The position numbers were made by a program, and so were the translations under genes. A stretch of DNA of 18,404 nt from a virus. The notes below the pieces were generated by a model. It made no database searches. It worked only from the letters and a program-made list of their open reading frames with translations, and was not told where the DNA came from. Positions 1-8,129 of this stretch are shown here, piece after piece (within the stretch, counting starts at the first letter, position 1; every line of letters begins with the position of its first letter). The stretch lies in UHGV virus genome UHGV-0256895; one strand, given 5' to 3'.

Positions 1-394
1 TCACCACTTCCCCAACGGTGGTCTTGTGCCACGACTTTTCACGGCGGGTATTCAGCGTTTCACGAAAATCAGCACTTCGCGCCCGGATAGTCAGGCGGTC
101 CGGTGCGCCAGTGTGTTCAATCTCGTCCACCGTGAATGCCCCTTTCGGGAAAAGCGGCTGCCCCTTCCAGCCCAGCGCCAGCGTAATAACCGCACCACGG
201 CGCGGCAGCACGATTTTTCCGTCGGCGTCGTCCAGCTCCAGATCAAGCTGGTCTGCTTCAAAGCCCCGATTGTCCGTCAGCGTCAAACTCATCAGGCGGT
301 TATCCAGCACAGTGGTGATATCCCTGCCCTCAATACTGATGCTGAATGCGGGAGTTTTGTTGCCTTTGTTAAGCAGTTCAGAGCTGAAATTCAC
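1..394 (-). CDS. D: Tail protein gpD (late gene D), C-terminal part cut by window edge
   Basis: Minus-strand frame open from 394 to the window edge, translating ...NFSSELLNKGNKTPAFSISIEGRDITTVLDNRLMSLTLTDNRGFEADQLDLELDD...; GTG at 394..392 preceded by GGGAGG at RBS distance; 4-nt overlap with the gpU stop. Not in the ORF track because it runs off the edge. Confidence 0.7.
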   Translation of the reverse strand, partial: MNFSSELLNKGNKTPAFSISIEGRDITTVLDNRLMSLTLTDNRGFEADQLDLELDDADGKIVLPRRGAVITLALGWKGQPLFPKGAFTVDEIEHTGAPDRLTIRARSADFRETLNTRREKSWHKTTVGEVV

Positions 395-876
395 GACAGC
401 AGCCCTCCCACCGTTTTACTGATATCGCTTAAGGCAGACGTTGCCGTGTCCTGCAGATTATTCAGTTGCGCACTGAGATCACCGAACATATCGGACAGGG
501 ATTCATCCACCCGTTTGAGCGACAGGGTGAACTCAATCCGGCGCGGCATACCGTCGCGGAAAAACTCCGTTTTAGTCTGATTCAGTCCCTCAATCACATA
601 CATGCCGTAAATCGTGCCGCTGCCTTCAATCAGGGGCCATGCTTTCCCCTGTTCTGCCATCTGCTCCAGTACCAGCAACGACAGCCTGCCGCCTGTTATC
701 TCCGGCATAAGAACACCAGAAAGCGTCAGCATGTCGTTGTCCGGTCCCAGAAACTGCGTGGACGGACGTCGGTTGACCCGGCTGTTTGCCGCATGTCGCC
801 AGCTGCGTTGATACTGCAGTTCCTGATACGGCACAGTGCGCAGCATAAACACGTACAATCCCAGCACCATCATCAT
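391..876 (-). CDS. U: Tail protein gpU
   Basis: 161 aa ORF in the track, immediately downstream of the tape measure gene in the conserved FETUD order; size matches P2 gpU. Confidence 0.8.
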   Translation of the reverse strand: MMMVLGLYVFMLRTVPYQELQYQRSWRHAANSRVNRRPSTQFLGPDNDMLTLSGVLMPEITGGRLSLLVLEQMAEQGKAWPLIEGSGTIYGMYVIEGLNQTKTEFFRDGMPRRIEFTLSLKRVDESLSDMFGDLSAQLNNLQDTATSALSDISKTVGGLLS

Positions 877-3800
877 GCGTCGTATCCCCCCTGATCGCTG
901 TAGTTACTCCTGGCTTTTGCCTTCAGCCTGCGTTCACGTTCATCAAGCTGGCGTGCCACCTCCCGCGCAATATCCTGCGCACTTTGTCCTGGCTGCGTCT
1001 GGATGATGATCTGCGTCGGTGCCTCAATCCGTTGAGCGGGCGGCACAGTGGCTGCACGACTCACCATCGCTTCGCCGCCTTTCGCGGGAAGTGCCAAAGG
1101 ATGTAACGGCGGAAGCTCTGCAGGCGCGGCAGCAACGCCCATCATTCCGGCAACAACGGCAGCCAGTGCAGCTGTATTTCTCCGACTGGTCACGTTTGCC
1201 GGACCGTTGACAATTTCAGGCCCGTTTTCACCGACAATGCCGAACTGCCCGCGCGGGATATAGCCGCCGCTGTCATACATCCCCGCAAAGCCATATCCCC
1301 ATGACGGAAAACCACCCGATGGCATCATCACTTTACCGTCTGCATTCACCGTCGCAGGTTGCTGACGCGTCACGCTTTCCGGCAGTTTCGCCTTTGCAGC
1401 CTCTTTACTGACAATACCGAGTTTCTCCAGCAACCAGGAAACGCCGGATTTCAGGGAGTCCAACGGATGCATGACCATATTCAGCCCTTCCGCCAGTGCC
1501 TCCCCGAATCGTCGCCCCATTGCCGCTGCGCTCTGCAGTTCGGCAGAGGTCGACTTAACAGGCGTCAGCAGATCAGTAAACCAGCCCCACAACGCCTGTA
1601 CTTTGTCGCCAATCCACTGGAACACGGGCTTAAGCGGTTCGAATGCAGCACTGATGGGACCTGCCGCCGCTTTGAATCCTTCCACCACGCCACCGAGAAA
1701 TGCGGTGATGGGTTGCCAGTATTTCCAGACAACCAGCGCCACGCCCGCCAGTGCAGTAACCACAAGACCTATCGGACTGAGCAGAGCACCTAACAGACCA
1801 GATACGGCATACAGGGCAACGCGCAGCATCGCCAGCGGACCGGATGCCAGCACACGCAGCACCGCGCCTGCGGCAGCCAGTCCACCGCGTAGTGCTGCCA
1901 GTGGATTCATAAACATCACAGCAACCGCACGTAAACCGGATAATCCAGACCGCAACAGTGCAACCGGCACACCTGCTACAGTTTTCAGGACATTCCCCGT
2001 CAGTGATGCGGTGCGGCGCAAAGACGACAACGGCGCAGTAAGTAAACCCGCTGCGTTGCCCGATGAAGCAAGCCCGCGTCGCAGCAGTGCCAGTGGAGCG
2101 CCAGCTAACCAGGACAACGCGCTGCTGGTTCGTGTTACTGCTGCCGTAACGGAAGGTAACGTTTTGATACCCAGCACAGAGAATCCCAGACGGATGACTG
2201 CCAGCGGCCCCAGCACTGCAGCCAGCGCCACCGCTAAGGTGCCGAGGCCTACGGTAACCGCAGCCACAACAGCCGCTACTTTCATCAGTGTGCCTGTCAG
2301 TTCCGGGTTAGCTTCCACCCAGCGGCGCAACGCCCCCGTGATGCTTTTTACCGTGTACAGAATATCCATCAGCGGCTGGCGCAGCGTTTCGCCCAGGCTG
2401 CTGAAGGTGTTCTGCGCTCCGGTTTTGACCAGCAACCACTGAGCGGAAAGTGAGTCTTTGTTGATGTCGGATTCTTTCTGCATGGAACCGAGCGCATCAT
2501 TGCCCGCTGTCAGTTTTAGCTGGCGCTGCAGTTCCGGAAGGTTGTTTGCCAGTTTCGCTGCATCATCACCAAACTCTTTACCAAACAACATGGTCATGGC
2601 AGACAGACGCTTGTCCTGCGGCAGTGCGTTCACCTTCTCCAGCACACGCTGGATAGTTCCCATCGCATCCTTCGTCATCTGCTTTTCAATCACTTCAGGA
2701 TTGAGTTTCAGCAGATTCATCCCTTCAAAGAAACTCTTACTTTGCATGGTGGCAATGGACAATTCACGCACCATCGCGTTTGCTGCACTGGCAGCAACCT
2801 CCGGCGCAGCGCCCAGTGTCAGGAAGGTGGAACCCAGCGCCGCCGCTTTACGATAATCCAGACGATCTGCCACACCGCCCAGGCGTTGCATGACATCAAT
2901 GATGTCTGCCCCTTTCGACATGGCGTTATCATCCAGATAGTTCAGCGCATCACCGAGCTGTTCAATATTGCGGGTAGGGATTTTGTAGAGCTGGGCGATT
3001 TTCCCCAGACTTTCTGACAGTTCATCCGCTGGCAGCTCAAAGGCTGTTGCCGCCTTTGCTGCCGTGCTGGCGAAGGCCAGCAGGTCACGTTTCTGGTCTT
3101 CCCAGCTGTCGTCAGGATTTGCGACGTTCATGCGCGCACCACCTTCAACCAGTGCGGCAAAGTCCACAGCACCGTTTTCCATCGGCAACTGTTCGCTGGC
3201 AGCCTTGATGGCATCCTGCATTTCGTAAAAACGCGCAGTGCGGTTGCCATTATCATCACGCAGACCATTGACCTGCTTTGCCACACCTTTCATGGCATCT
3301 TCCATGCTGGTATAGCTTTTTACTGCTGCCATCACTGGCGCACCCATTGCCAGCCCTGCAGCCGTGGTAGTGGCTCCGGCTCCTGCGATGCGATCGCGCA
3401 CTTCAAGCCGTCTTGAGTATTGTTCTCTGGCAGCGTTCATCCGTGCCTGTTGTTCACCCAGACGTTTAAGTGCTTTTTGCTGGCCCTCCAGTGCCTGCCT
3501 TGTTTCTTCAGCATTTTTCTTAAGTTCTCGCTGGGCACTACTGAGTTGTCTGGTATCAATCCCTGATTCTTTAAGTGCCTGACGTTGTCTCTGGACCGCC
3601 CCCAACAAGCCGTTATAGGTCTGCTGAAGTTCCTGTACTCGTGTTTTGGCCTGACTGAATAACTTTGCCTGCGCGGCGGTTGGCCTGTTAGTGGCAGCAA
3701 ATTGTGTGGCGAGTTTTGCCGCCTCTTCGCGGGCTGCGTTCAGGTTGTTGGCTGTTATGGCTAGTTGCGAGCGCGTCTTGCGAAATTCATCAATTCTGCC

Positions 3801-3950
3801 AGCCTGCTTATTCAGTTCTTTGAGGCTGTTTCGGGTATTCTGAATTGCGCCAGCCAGCTCTTTCGAACTGGCCTGTGCAACACGGAATGGGCGGGTGAGT
3901 TTGTCAACCGCATTAAGAATGACCTGCAGCCGCAGGTTGTTATCACTCAT
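873..3950 (-). CDS. T: Tail tape measure protein gpT
   Basis: 1025 aa ORF; N-terminal coiled-coil-like Q/A/K/E/R-rich region, central Ala/Gly/Leu-rich hydrophobic repeats, C-terminal domain; position between E/E' and U. Confidence 0.9.
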   Translation of the reverse strand: MSDNNLRLQVILNAVDKLTRPFRVAQASSKELAGAIQNTRNSLKELNKQAGRIDEFRKTRSQLAITANNLNAAREEAAKLATQFAATNRPTAAQAKLFSQAKTRVQELQQTYNGLLGAVQRQRQALKESGIDTRQLSSAQRELKKNAEETRQALEGQQKALKRLGEQQARMNAAREQYSRRLEVRDRIAGAGATTTAAGLAMGAPVMAAVKSYTSMEDAMKGVAKQVNGLRDDNGNRTARFYEMQDAIKAASEQLPMENGAVDFAALVEGGARMNVANPDDSWEDQKRDLLAFASTAAKAATAFELPADELSESLGKIAQLYKIPTRNIEQLGDALNYLDDNAMSKGADIIDVMQRLGGVADRLDYRKAAALGSTFLTLGAAPEVAASAANAMVRELSIATMQSKSFFEGMNLLKLNPEVIEKQMTKDAMGTIQRVLEKVNALPQDKRLSAMTMLFGKEFGDDAAKLANNLPELQRQLKLTAGNDALGSMQKESDINKDSLSAQWLLVKTGAQNTFSSLGETLRQPLMDILYTVKSITGALRRWVEANPELTGTLMKVAAVVAAVTVGLGTLAVALAAVLGPLAVIRLGFSVLGIKTLPSVTAAVTRTSSALSWLAGAPLALLRRGLASSGNAAGLLTAPLSSLRRTASLTGNVLKTVAGVPVALLRSGLSGLRAVAVMFMNPLAALRGGLAAAGAVLRVLASGPLAMLRVALYAVSGLLGALLSPIGLVVTALAGVALVVWKYWQPITAFLGGVVEGFKAAAGPISAAFEPLKPVFQWIGDKVQALWGWFTDLLTPVKSTSAELQSAAAMGRRFGEALAEGLNMVMHPLDSLKSGVSWLLEKLGIVSKEAAKAKLPESVTRQQPATVNADGKVMMPSGGFPSWGYGFAGMYDSGGYIPRGQFGIVGENGPEIVNGPANVTSRRNTAALAAVVAGMMGVAAAPAELPPLHPLALPAKGGEAMVSRAATVPPAQRIEAPTQIIIQTQPGQSAQDIAREVARQLDERERRLKAKARSNYSDQGGYDA

Positions 3951-4379
3951 CGTTGGCCCCGCTTCTCTGAATCGCTTTATACCGCCATTCCAGCACTTCG
4001 GTCAGCGGCATAACGTCAGTAACGGATGGCGGCCAGTGAAAGATGGTGGCGATATCAGCCACCAGATCGTCAACCGTCAGGCTGTCGGTAAACCGGCAAG
4101 CACCGACTTCTTCAACAAAAAAGTGACAACCTCAACCGACATGGCAGTGAGATCTGCCGGGTCCATCTCTGCAATTTCCTGTGCAGTCAGTGCCGGACTG
4201 GAGATACGGGGGATCACGGTCATCATCGCGTTCACATCCATATCCATAATGGCCTGCAGGCGTGTACCGCGCAGCGCACCGGACTGCGGTTTACGCAGCA
4301 CAATTTCGGTGATTTCTGTTTTACCGCGCTTGATGGGGGTATCCAGTTGAATAGTCTTTTCAGTCTGCTTATCGCTCAT
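3943..4379 (-). CDS. E': gpE+E' fusion made by a programmed -1 ribosomal frameshift
   Basis: From the heptamer at 4122..4116 the -1 frame stays open for 57 codons (VEEVGACRFTDSLTVDDLVADIATIFHWPPSVTDVMPLTEVLEWRYKAIQRSGANDE) and stops at 3945..3943, overlapping the T start codon (ATGAGTGA). Confidence 0.65.
4077..4379 (-). CDS. E: Tail assembly chaperone gpE (zero-frame product)
   Basis: 100 aa ORF directly upstream of the tape measure gene; ends ...VEVVTFLLKKSVLAGLPTA with a T-run slippery site near its 3' end. Confidence 0.8.
   Translation of the reverse strand: MSDKQTEKTIQLDTPIKRGKTEITEIVLRKPQSGALRGTRLQAIMDMDVNAMMTVIPRISSPALTAQEIAEMDPADLTAMSVEVVTFLLKKSVLAGLPTA
4116..4122 (-). other. Slippery heptamer T_TTT_TTG for the E/E' -1 frameshift
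   Basis: Minus strand reads act ttt ttg ttg in the E frame; T TTT TTG fits the X_XXY_YYZ pattern, lies 13 codons before the E stop, and the -1 frame downstream is open to the T start. Confidence 0.6.
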
Positions 4380-4433
4380 TTTGCTGTCCTGTAAATTGGG
4401 TTCTGGCGCGGTATCCCGCGCCGTTCAGATACA

Positions 4434-4949
4434 TCAGAGGCCGAGGGCGTTGCGGTGCGCTTCCATCAGGTCCACACCGTCCACAATTTCCACCATGTTG
4501 ATAAGGTCCACTTCATAGAGCACCTCACCATTGATGGTCAGCTTCGCGTAGCTGTTGGTACTGGTCACTTTGGTGGTGTTGCTTTCGCCCGTCTTCCACT
4601 CGCCGGAATCCACTTCTTTGTGACGTCCACGCACCACAAGCTCCACGGCCTGCACTTCCCCGGTATCGTCACGCTGGATAGAGCCGGTAAAGCGCAGCTG
4701 AATGCCATCTACCGTGGCTTTGCCCATCTGCTTAAACAGCAGCAGTTCAGTACCACCAATGGAAAATTCTGTGTCCAGCGCACTGTCATCAAGCCCCAGA
4801 TCCACATCCACTGCACCCGGCATTCCGCCGCCGCGATACTTCTCATATTTGCGGGTGAATTTCGGCAGCGTCAGCGACTCAACGATCCCCTGCCAGTTGT
4901 TCCCGTCGTTAAACAGGTTCAGATGTTTTAATTTGCGTGGTAAAGCCAT
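4434..4949 (-). CDS. FII: Tail tube protein gpFII
   Basis: 171 aa ORF (MALPRKLKHLNLFNDGNNWQGIVESLTLPKF...), between sheath and E; size and sequence consistent with P2 FII. Confidence 0.9.
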   Translation of the reverse strand: MALPRKLKHLNLFNDGNNWQGIVESLTLPKFTRKYEKYRGGGMPGAVDVDLGLDDSALDTEFSIGGTELLLFKQMGKATVDGIQLRFTGSIQRDDTGEVQAVELVVRGRHKEVDSGEWKTGESNTTKVTSTNSYAKLTINGEVLYEVDLINMVEIVDGVDLMEAHRNALGL

Positions 4950-5235
4950 GTTGTCCCCTTACGCGCTGACCTGGCTGGCGAAATTCACCAGGTACTGATC
5001 GGTGATGCGCTGGCGCAGCATCAGATTTTCAAGTGGCGGCACTGGCGTGTAGTCATAGTCGATGGTGAGTTTTCCGGCTTTCAGCGTGTCTTTGTCGTTC
5101 ACCGACTCATCCAGCCAGCAATCACCACCAATGAGATAGCCCTGACTGACCAGGCTGCGTATTTTGGCGCGGATACCTTCGATAATGTCGCGGGCCAGCG
5201 ACGGGTTAAGCGGTTTATCCACCGCCCACATGTGT

Positions 5236-5315
5236 GCTTCTGCCATTGTGTCCGTCAGCACCTGCGCCGTGCGGGTGTAGTTTTCGAAGGCAAAAAGCGG
5301 ATCATCGCTCAGACA
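5236..5315. repeat. Left copy of a perfect 80 bp inverted repeat inside FI (native-orientation copy)
   Basis: Plus 5236..5315 is the exact reverse complement of 5518..5597 (checked base by base, 80/80); encodes [27 protein letters not shown] in the minus-strand sheath frame. Confidence 0.9.
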
Positions 5316-5517
5316 TGCACTTGGTCTGCGTGCCAAAATTGATGAGCAGACCGGGTGGCACAAAAGCCTGTCCAACGTGGGCGTGAACGGTGTCACCGGA
5401 ATTTCTGCAGATGTGTTCTGGGATCTGCAGGACCCGGCAACCGATGCAGGTCTGCTGAACCAGAACGACGTCACCACGCTTGTGCGTAAAGACGGTTTCC
5501 GCTTCTGGGGTTCCCGC

Positions 5518-5597
5518 TGTCTGAGCGATGATCCGCTTTTTGCCTTCGAAAACTACACCCGCACGGCGCAGGTGCTGACGGACACAATGGCAGAAGC
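5518..5597. repeat. Right copy of the perfect 80 bp inverted repeat inside FI (inverted copy)
   Basis: Reverse complement of 5236..5315; encodes the same 26 residues on the plus strand, continuous with the inverted segment 5317..5517. Confidence 0.9.
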
Positions 5598-6248
5598 GTG
5601 TCCCAGCCAGTAAAGTCGGGCCAGATCAGCATTCCTTCGCGCTGGCTGAAGTTTTCACGGTAAGTGATCGCCTCCTGTACCGTCTTGCAGCCATACGCTG
5701 ACAGGTAAGCAAACCCACGCAGGCTTTGCGCCACGCTCAGCAACTCAGTCGCAACGGCTTTGTTATCGTGACCTGGCACGCCGAGAATGCGCGGTTTAAC
5801 GCCGAGCTGTGACTGGGCAGATAACAGAGCTTTCATGCCTGTTTTTTTACCTTCAGCAGTCACTGCGCCGATGATATTGGTCGTGGTTTCTTCTTCCGTT
5901 TCACCCTGCGGCACACGCACAACAACGGTCACGGGTTTTGCCTGGTCAGCGATGGCATCCAGCGAACGGGCCAGCGTGCCGGACTCACCCGCTTTACCGC
6001 TGGCAGTCAGCACATCAGTGATCAGCACAGGTTTGTTAAGAGGAAACATTTTTGCATCGGCATCATCGCCCGTGCAGACCATGCCCACGATGGCGGTGCT
6101 CACCGTGGTAATGGATCGGGTGCCTTCGTTGACTTCAACAACGCGCACCCCGTGGTGGTAATCCTGAGCCATAGTGGCGAACCTCCTGATTGGATTAGGC
6201 TTCGCCCTATGTTGAAGTGATTGTGCCTGACAAACAGCTAAGCGCAGT

Positions 6249-6266
6249 TGTACCGTTATTCACACA
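6249..6266 (-). promoter_or_regulatory. Candidate Ogr-type late promoter element (TGT-N12-ACA) for the FI-FII-E-T-U-D operon
   Basis: TGTACCGTTATTCACACA, centred about 85 bp upstream of the FI start codon (6172); P2 late promoters carry this dyad near -55. The motif alone is expected by chance a few times in 18 kb; position is what supports it. Confidence 0.4.
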
Positions 6267-6314
6267 AAATGACGGTATTTGTCTACTTGCAGGGATAATC
6301 AAAATAATGCTGAT

Positions 6315-6887
6315 TCAGGGGGATTCATTACTCTTATTTGCCGGAAATTTTCTATAAATTGTGGAAACACCCACATCAAAAATCAGTGCAATACGCTGTC
6401 TTGATTCTCCGGCCTCGAGTAAACGCCCAATCTGTGCCCACTGTTCGGTGGTCAACTTAGGACGGCGTCCACCTACTCTGCCTTTGGCACGAGCTGCAGC
6501 CAGCCCTGCCCTGGTACGTTCAACTATCAGTTCGCGTTCCATTTCAGCCAGGGCACCCATGACATGAAAAAAGAAACGGCCCATTGGGGTACTGGTATCA
6601 ATACTGTCAGTCAGGCTTCGGAAATTCACACCACGCTGGCGCAACTCCTCTATCAGCGTAACAAGATGCCGCATACTGCGCCCCAACCTGTCCAGCTTCC
6701 AGACAACCAGCGTGTCTCCTGCCGATAGTGTCCTGAGCAGCTTTTTCAGCCCCGGTCTGTCGGACTTAGTGCCACTGATTTTATCCTCAAAAATCCGCTC
6801 ACATCCCGCGCAGTTCAGTGCATTACGTTGCAAATCGGTGTTCTGGTCATTTGTTGACACGCGTACATAGCCAATAAGCATGATCAT
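6315..6887 (-). CDS. Serine DNA invertase of the Gin/Pin/Cin/Hin family
   Basis: 190 aa ORF starting M(IM)LIGYVRVSTNDQNTDLQRNAL..., the characteristic N-terminal catalytic motif of the invertase subfamily of serine recombinases, with a C-terminal HTH-like region; true start may be the third Met (6881). Located beside an invertible tail-fibre segment. Confidence 0.85.
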   Translation of the reverse strand: MIMLIGYVRVSTNDQNTDLQRNALNCAGCERIFEDKISGTKSDRPGLKKLLRTLSAGDTLVVWKLDRLGRSMRHLVTLIEELRQRGVNFRSLTDSIDTSTPMGRFFFHVMGALAEMERELIVERTRAGLAAARAKGRVGGRRPKLTTEQWAQIGRLLEAGESRQRIALIFDVGVSTIYRKFPANKSNESP

Positions 6888-6936
6888 CCCCCTGAATAAA
6901 AACCGGAGATGATGCCAGTTAGCCGTTATCTCTGCA

Positions 6937-6962
6937 TTTTCATAAACGTTGGTTTGGGAGAG
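6937..6962. other. Invertase crossover site 1 (gix/hix-like, 26 bp)
   Basis: TTTTCATAAACG TT GGTTTGGGAGAG: two AAAC/GGTTT half-sites around a central dinucleotide as in hixL/gix; sits between the invertase start and the silent tail-fibre segment; matches site 2 at 19 of 26 positions in inverted orientation. Confidence 0.6.
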
Positions 6963-7298
6963 GGAGCAAAATTAGGCGCAGCGGTGTGTGTGGCCGGCTC
7001 TACAGGCTATATGACTATCCCGGCAATGGTCGCCGGGAAAGAACGGGTGATCATATTGCAGTGGTTTGGTGCTGCTACAACTGATTATGTGACACCAGTA
7101 ACTGCGAATTTCCCTATTGCATTCCCAAATGAGTGCATGATTCCGTTATTTAGTGATGTATCAACTGGGGCAGTTGATTTGAGTTCTACAGCCGCATATA
7201 GCTTAGCGGTGGGCCGATCATACTATACGACGGTAACAAGAACTCAGATTACATGTGCTGGCTACGGTGGCTTTAGAGTTTTCGCGATTGGATGGTGA
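6951..7298 (+). CDS. Silent alternative tail-fibre C-terminal segment (Sv'), no start of its own; would fuse to the constant part of H after inversion
   Basis: Plus frame from the crossover core gives [69 protein letters not shown]...GFRVFAIGW, sharing ILQW, FPIAFP and GGF..FA.G motifs with the expressed H C-terminus. The track ORF 6909..7298 covers it. Confidence 0.6.
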   Translation, partial: GLGEGAKLGAAVCVAGSTGYMTIPAMVAGKERVIILQWFGAATTDYVTPVTANFPIAFPNECMIPLFSDVSTGAVDLSSTAAYSLAVGRSYYTTVTRTQITCAGYGGFRVFAIGW

Positions 7299-7303
7299 TT
7301 AAT

Positions 7304-7723
7304 ATGTTTTATTCTGCAAAAGAAAATGCGTTCTACGCTGATGAGCTAAAAAGTATTTATGAAAATGCAGGTAGCTGGCCTGACGATGCCGTTGAAGTAG
7401 ACTATTCCGTATTCGTTGAGTTTGCCGGAGAATCACCTAACGGAAAATTACGCGCTCCTAATTCTGATGGTTTACCTGAATGGATAGATATTCCCGAACC
7501 AACTGAAGAGGAAATTATTGCGTTGGCAGAAGCCGAAAAATCGCGACTGCGTGCTTCAGCTGACTCTGAAATAGAATGGCGGCAGGACGCCGTTGATGCG
7601 GGGATCGCGACGGAAGAAGAAACTGTTTCATTAGCCGAATGGAAAAAATACCGGGTGCTGCTGATGCGAGTTGATACAGCAGACCCGGACTGGCCTACTC
7701 CTCCGGCGACTCAGGCCAGTTGA
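7304..7723 (+). CDS. Alternative tail fibre assembly protein (Tfa, U'-like), silent orientation
   Basis: [28 protein letters not shown]... parallels the N-terminus of the expressed Tfa ([30 protein letters not shown]...); lies directly after the silent fibre segment. Track ORF starts 4 codons earlier at 7292. Confidence 0.7.
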   Translation: MFYSAKENAFYADELKSIYENAGSWPDDAVEVDYSVFVEFAGESPNGKLRAPNSDGLPEWIDIPEPTEEEIIALAEAEKSRLRASADSEIEWRQDAVDAGIATEEETVSLAEWKKYRVLLMRVDTADPDWPTPPATQAS

Positions 7724-8126
7724 TATCTGGTGCGCTGGATATGTCCACAGATTCCAGCGCATCGAGATAATCCAGCCACTCGTTATACTGGGCCTTCTCG
7801 TCGTCTGTAAGTCGCCCCAGCGCAGCTTTACCCGGCCACTGCTTGCTGTTTATATACTCATTAGCCTGATCGATACGATACTGTTTTTCAGCTTCAGCTG
7901 CTGCGATTTCCTCCTCATGGCTTAAAGGTGGAATGTCTACCCATGCCGGCATTCCATCCTCAGTAGCTCCACGAGTTTTACCCTCTGGTGGCATCCCCGA
8001 ATATTCAGTGAATGTCTCATCTGAGACGGCTATGAGATCGTCAGGCCAGTTTCTACTCGCTTCATAAACATCTCTGAGCTCATCAGGGTAGAAAGCGTTA
8101 TTTAATGCTGAATAAAAATAAGCCAT
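7695..8126 (-). CDS. G: Tail fibre assembly protein (Tfa, gpG / Mu U-like), expressed orientation
   Basis: 143 aa ORF immediately downstream of the tail fibre gene; Tfa-like N-terminus; converges on the alternative Tfa with a 29 bp 3' overlap. Confidence 0.75.
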   Translation of the reverse strand: MAYFYSALNNAFYPDELRDVYEASRNWPDDLIAVSDETFTEYSGMPPEGKTRGATEDGMPAWVDIPPLSHEEEIAAAEAEKQYRIDQANEYINSKQWPGKAALGRLTDDEKAQYNEWLDYLDALESVDISSAPDINWPESPEE

Positions 8127-8129
8127 TTA

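Larger units (their letters stand above)
4959..6172 (-). pseudogene. FI: Tail sheath gene FI, disrupted as assembled by an internal inverted segment plus an 80 bp inverted duplication
   Basis: N-terminal 192 codons (6172..5597, MAQDYHHGVRVVEVNEGTRSITTVSTAIVGMV...DFTGWDT) and C-terminal 119 codons (5315..4962, [36 protein letters not shown]...) are sheath-like on the minus strand. The middle of the protein ([38 protein letters not shown]...[35 protein letters not shown]) is encoded on the plus strand at 5317..5595. The track splits the gene into two ORFs (5471..6172, 4959..5477) whose junction regions are antisense junk. Confidence 0.75.

Noticed and set aside
18-894. Plus-strand ORFs 18..422, 26..580 and 466..894
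   Set aside because: Antisense to gpD and gpU, which have clear homology-based identity on the minus strand.
1471-2442. 323 aa Pro/Ala/Ser/Thr-rich plus-strand ORF, plus other plus-strand ORFs between 1019 and 3582
   Set aside because: Lies entirely antisense to the tape measure gene; low-complexity composition typical of the reverse frame of a GC-rich gene.
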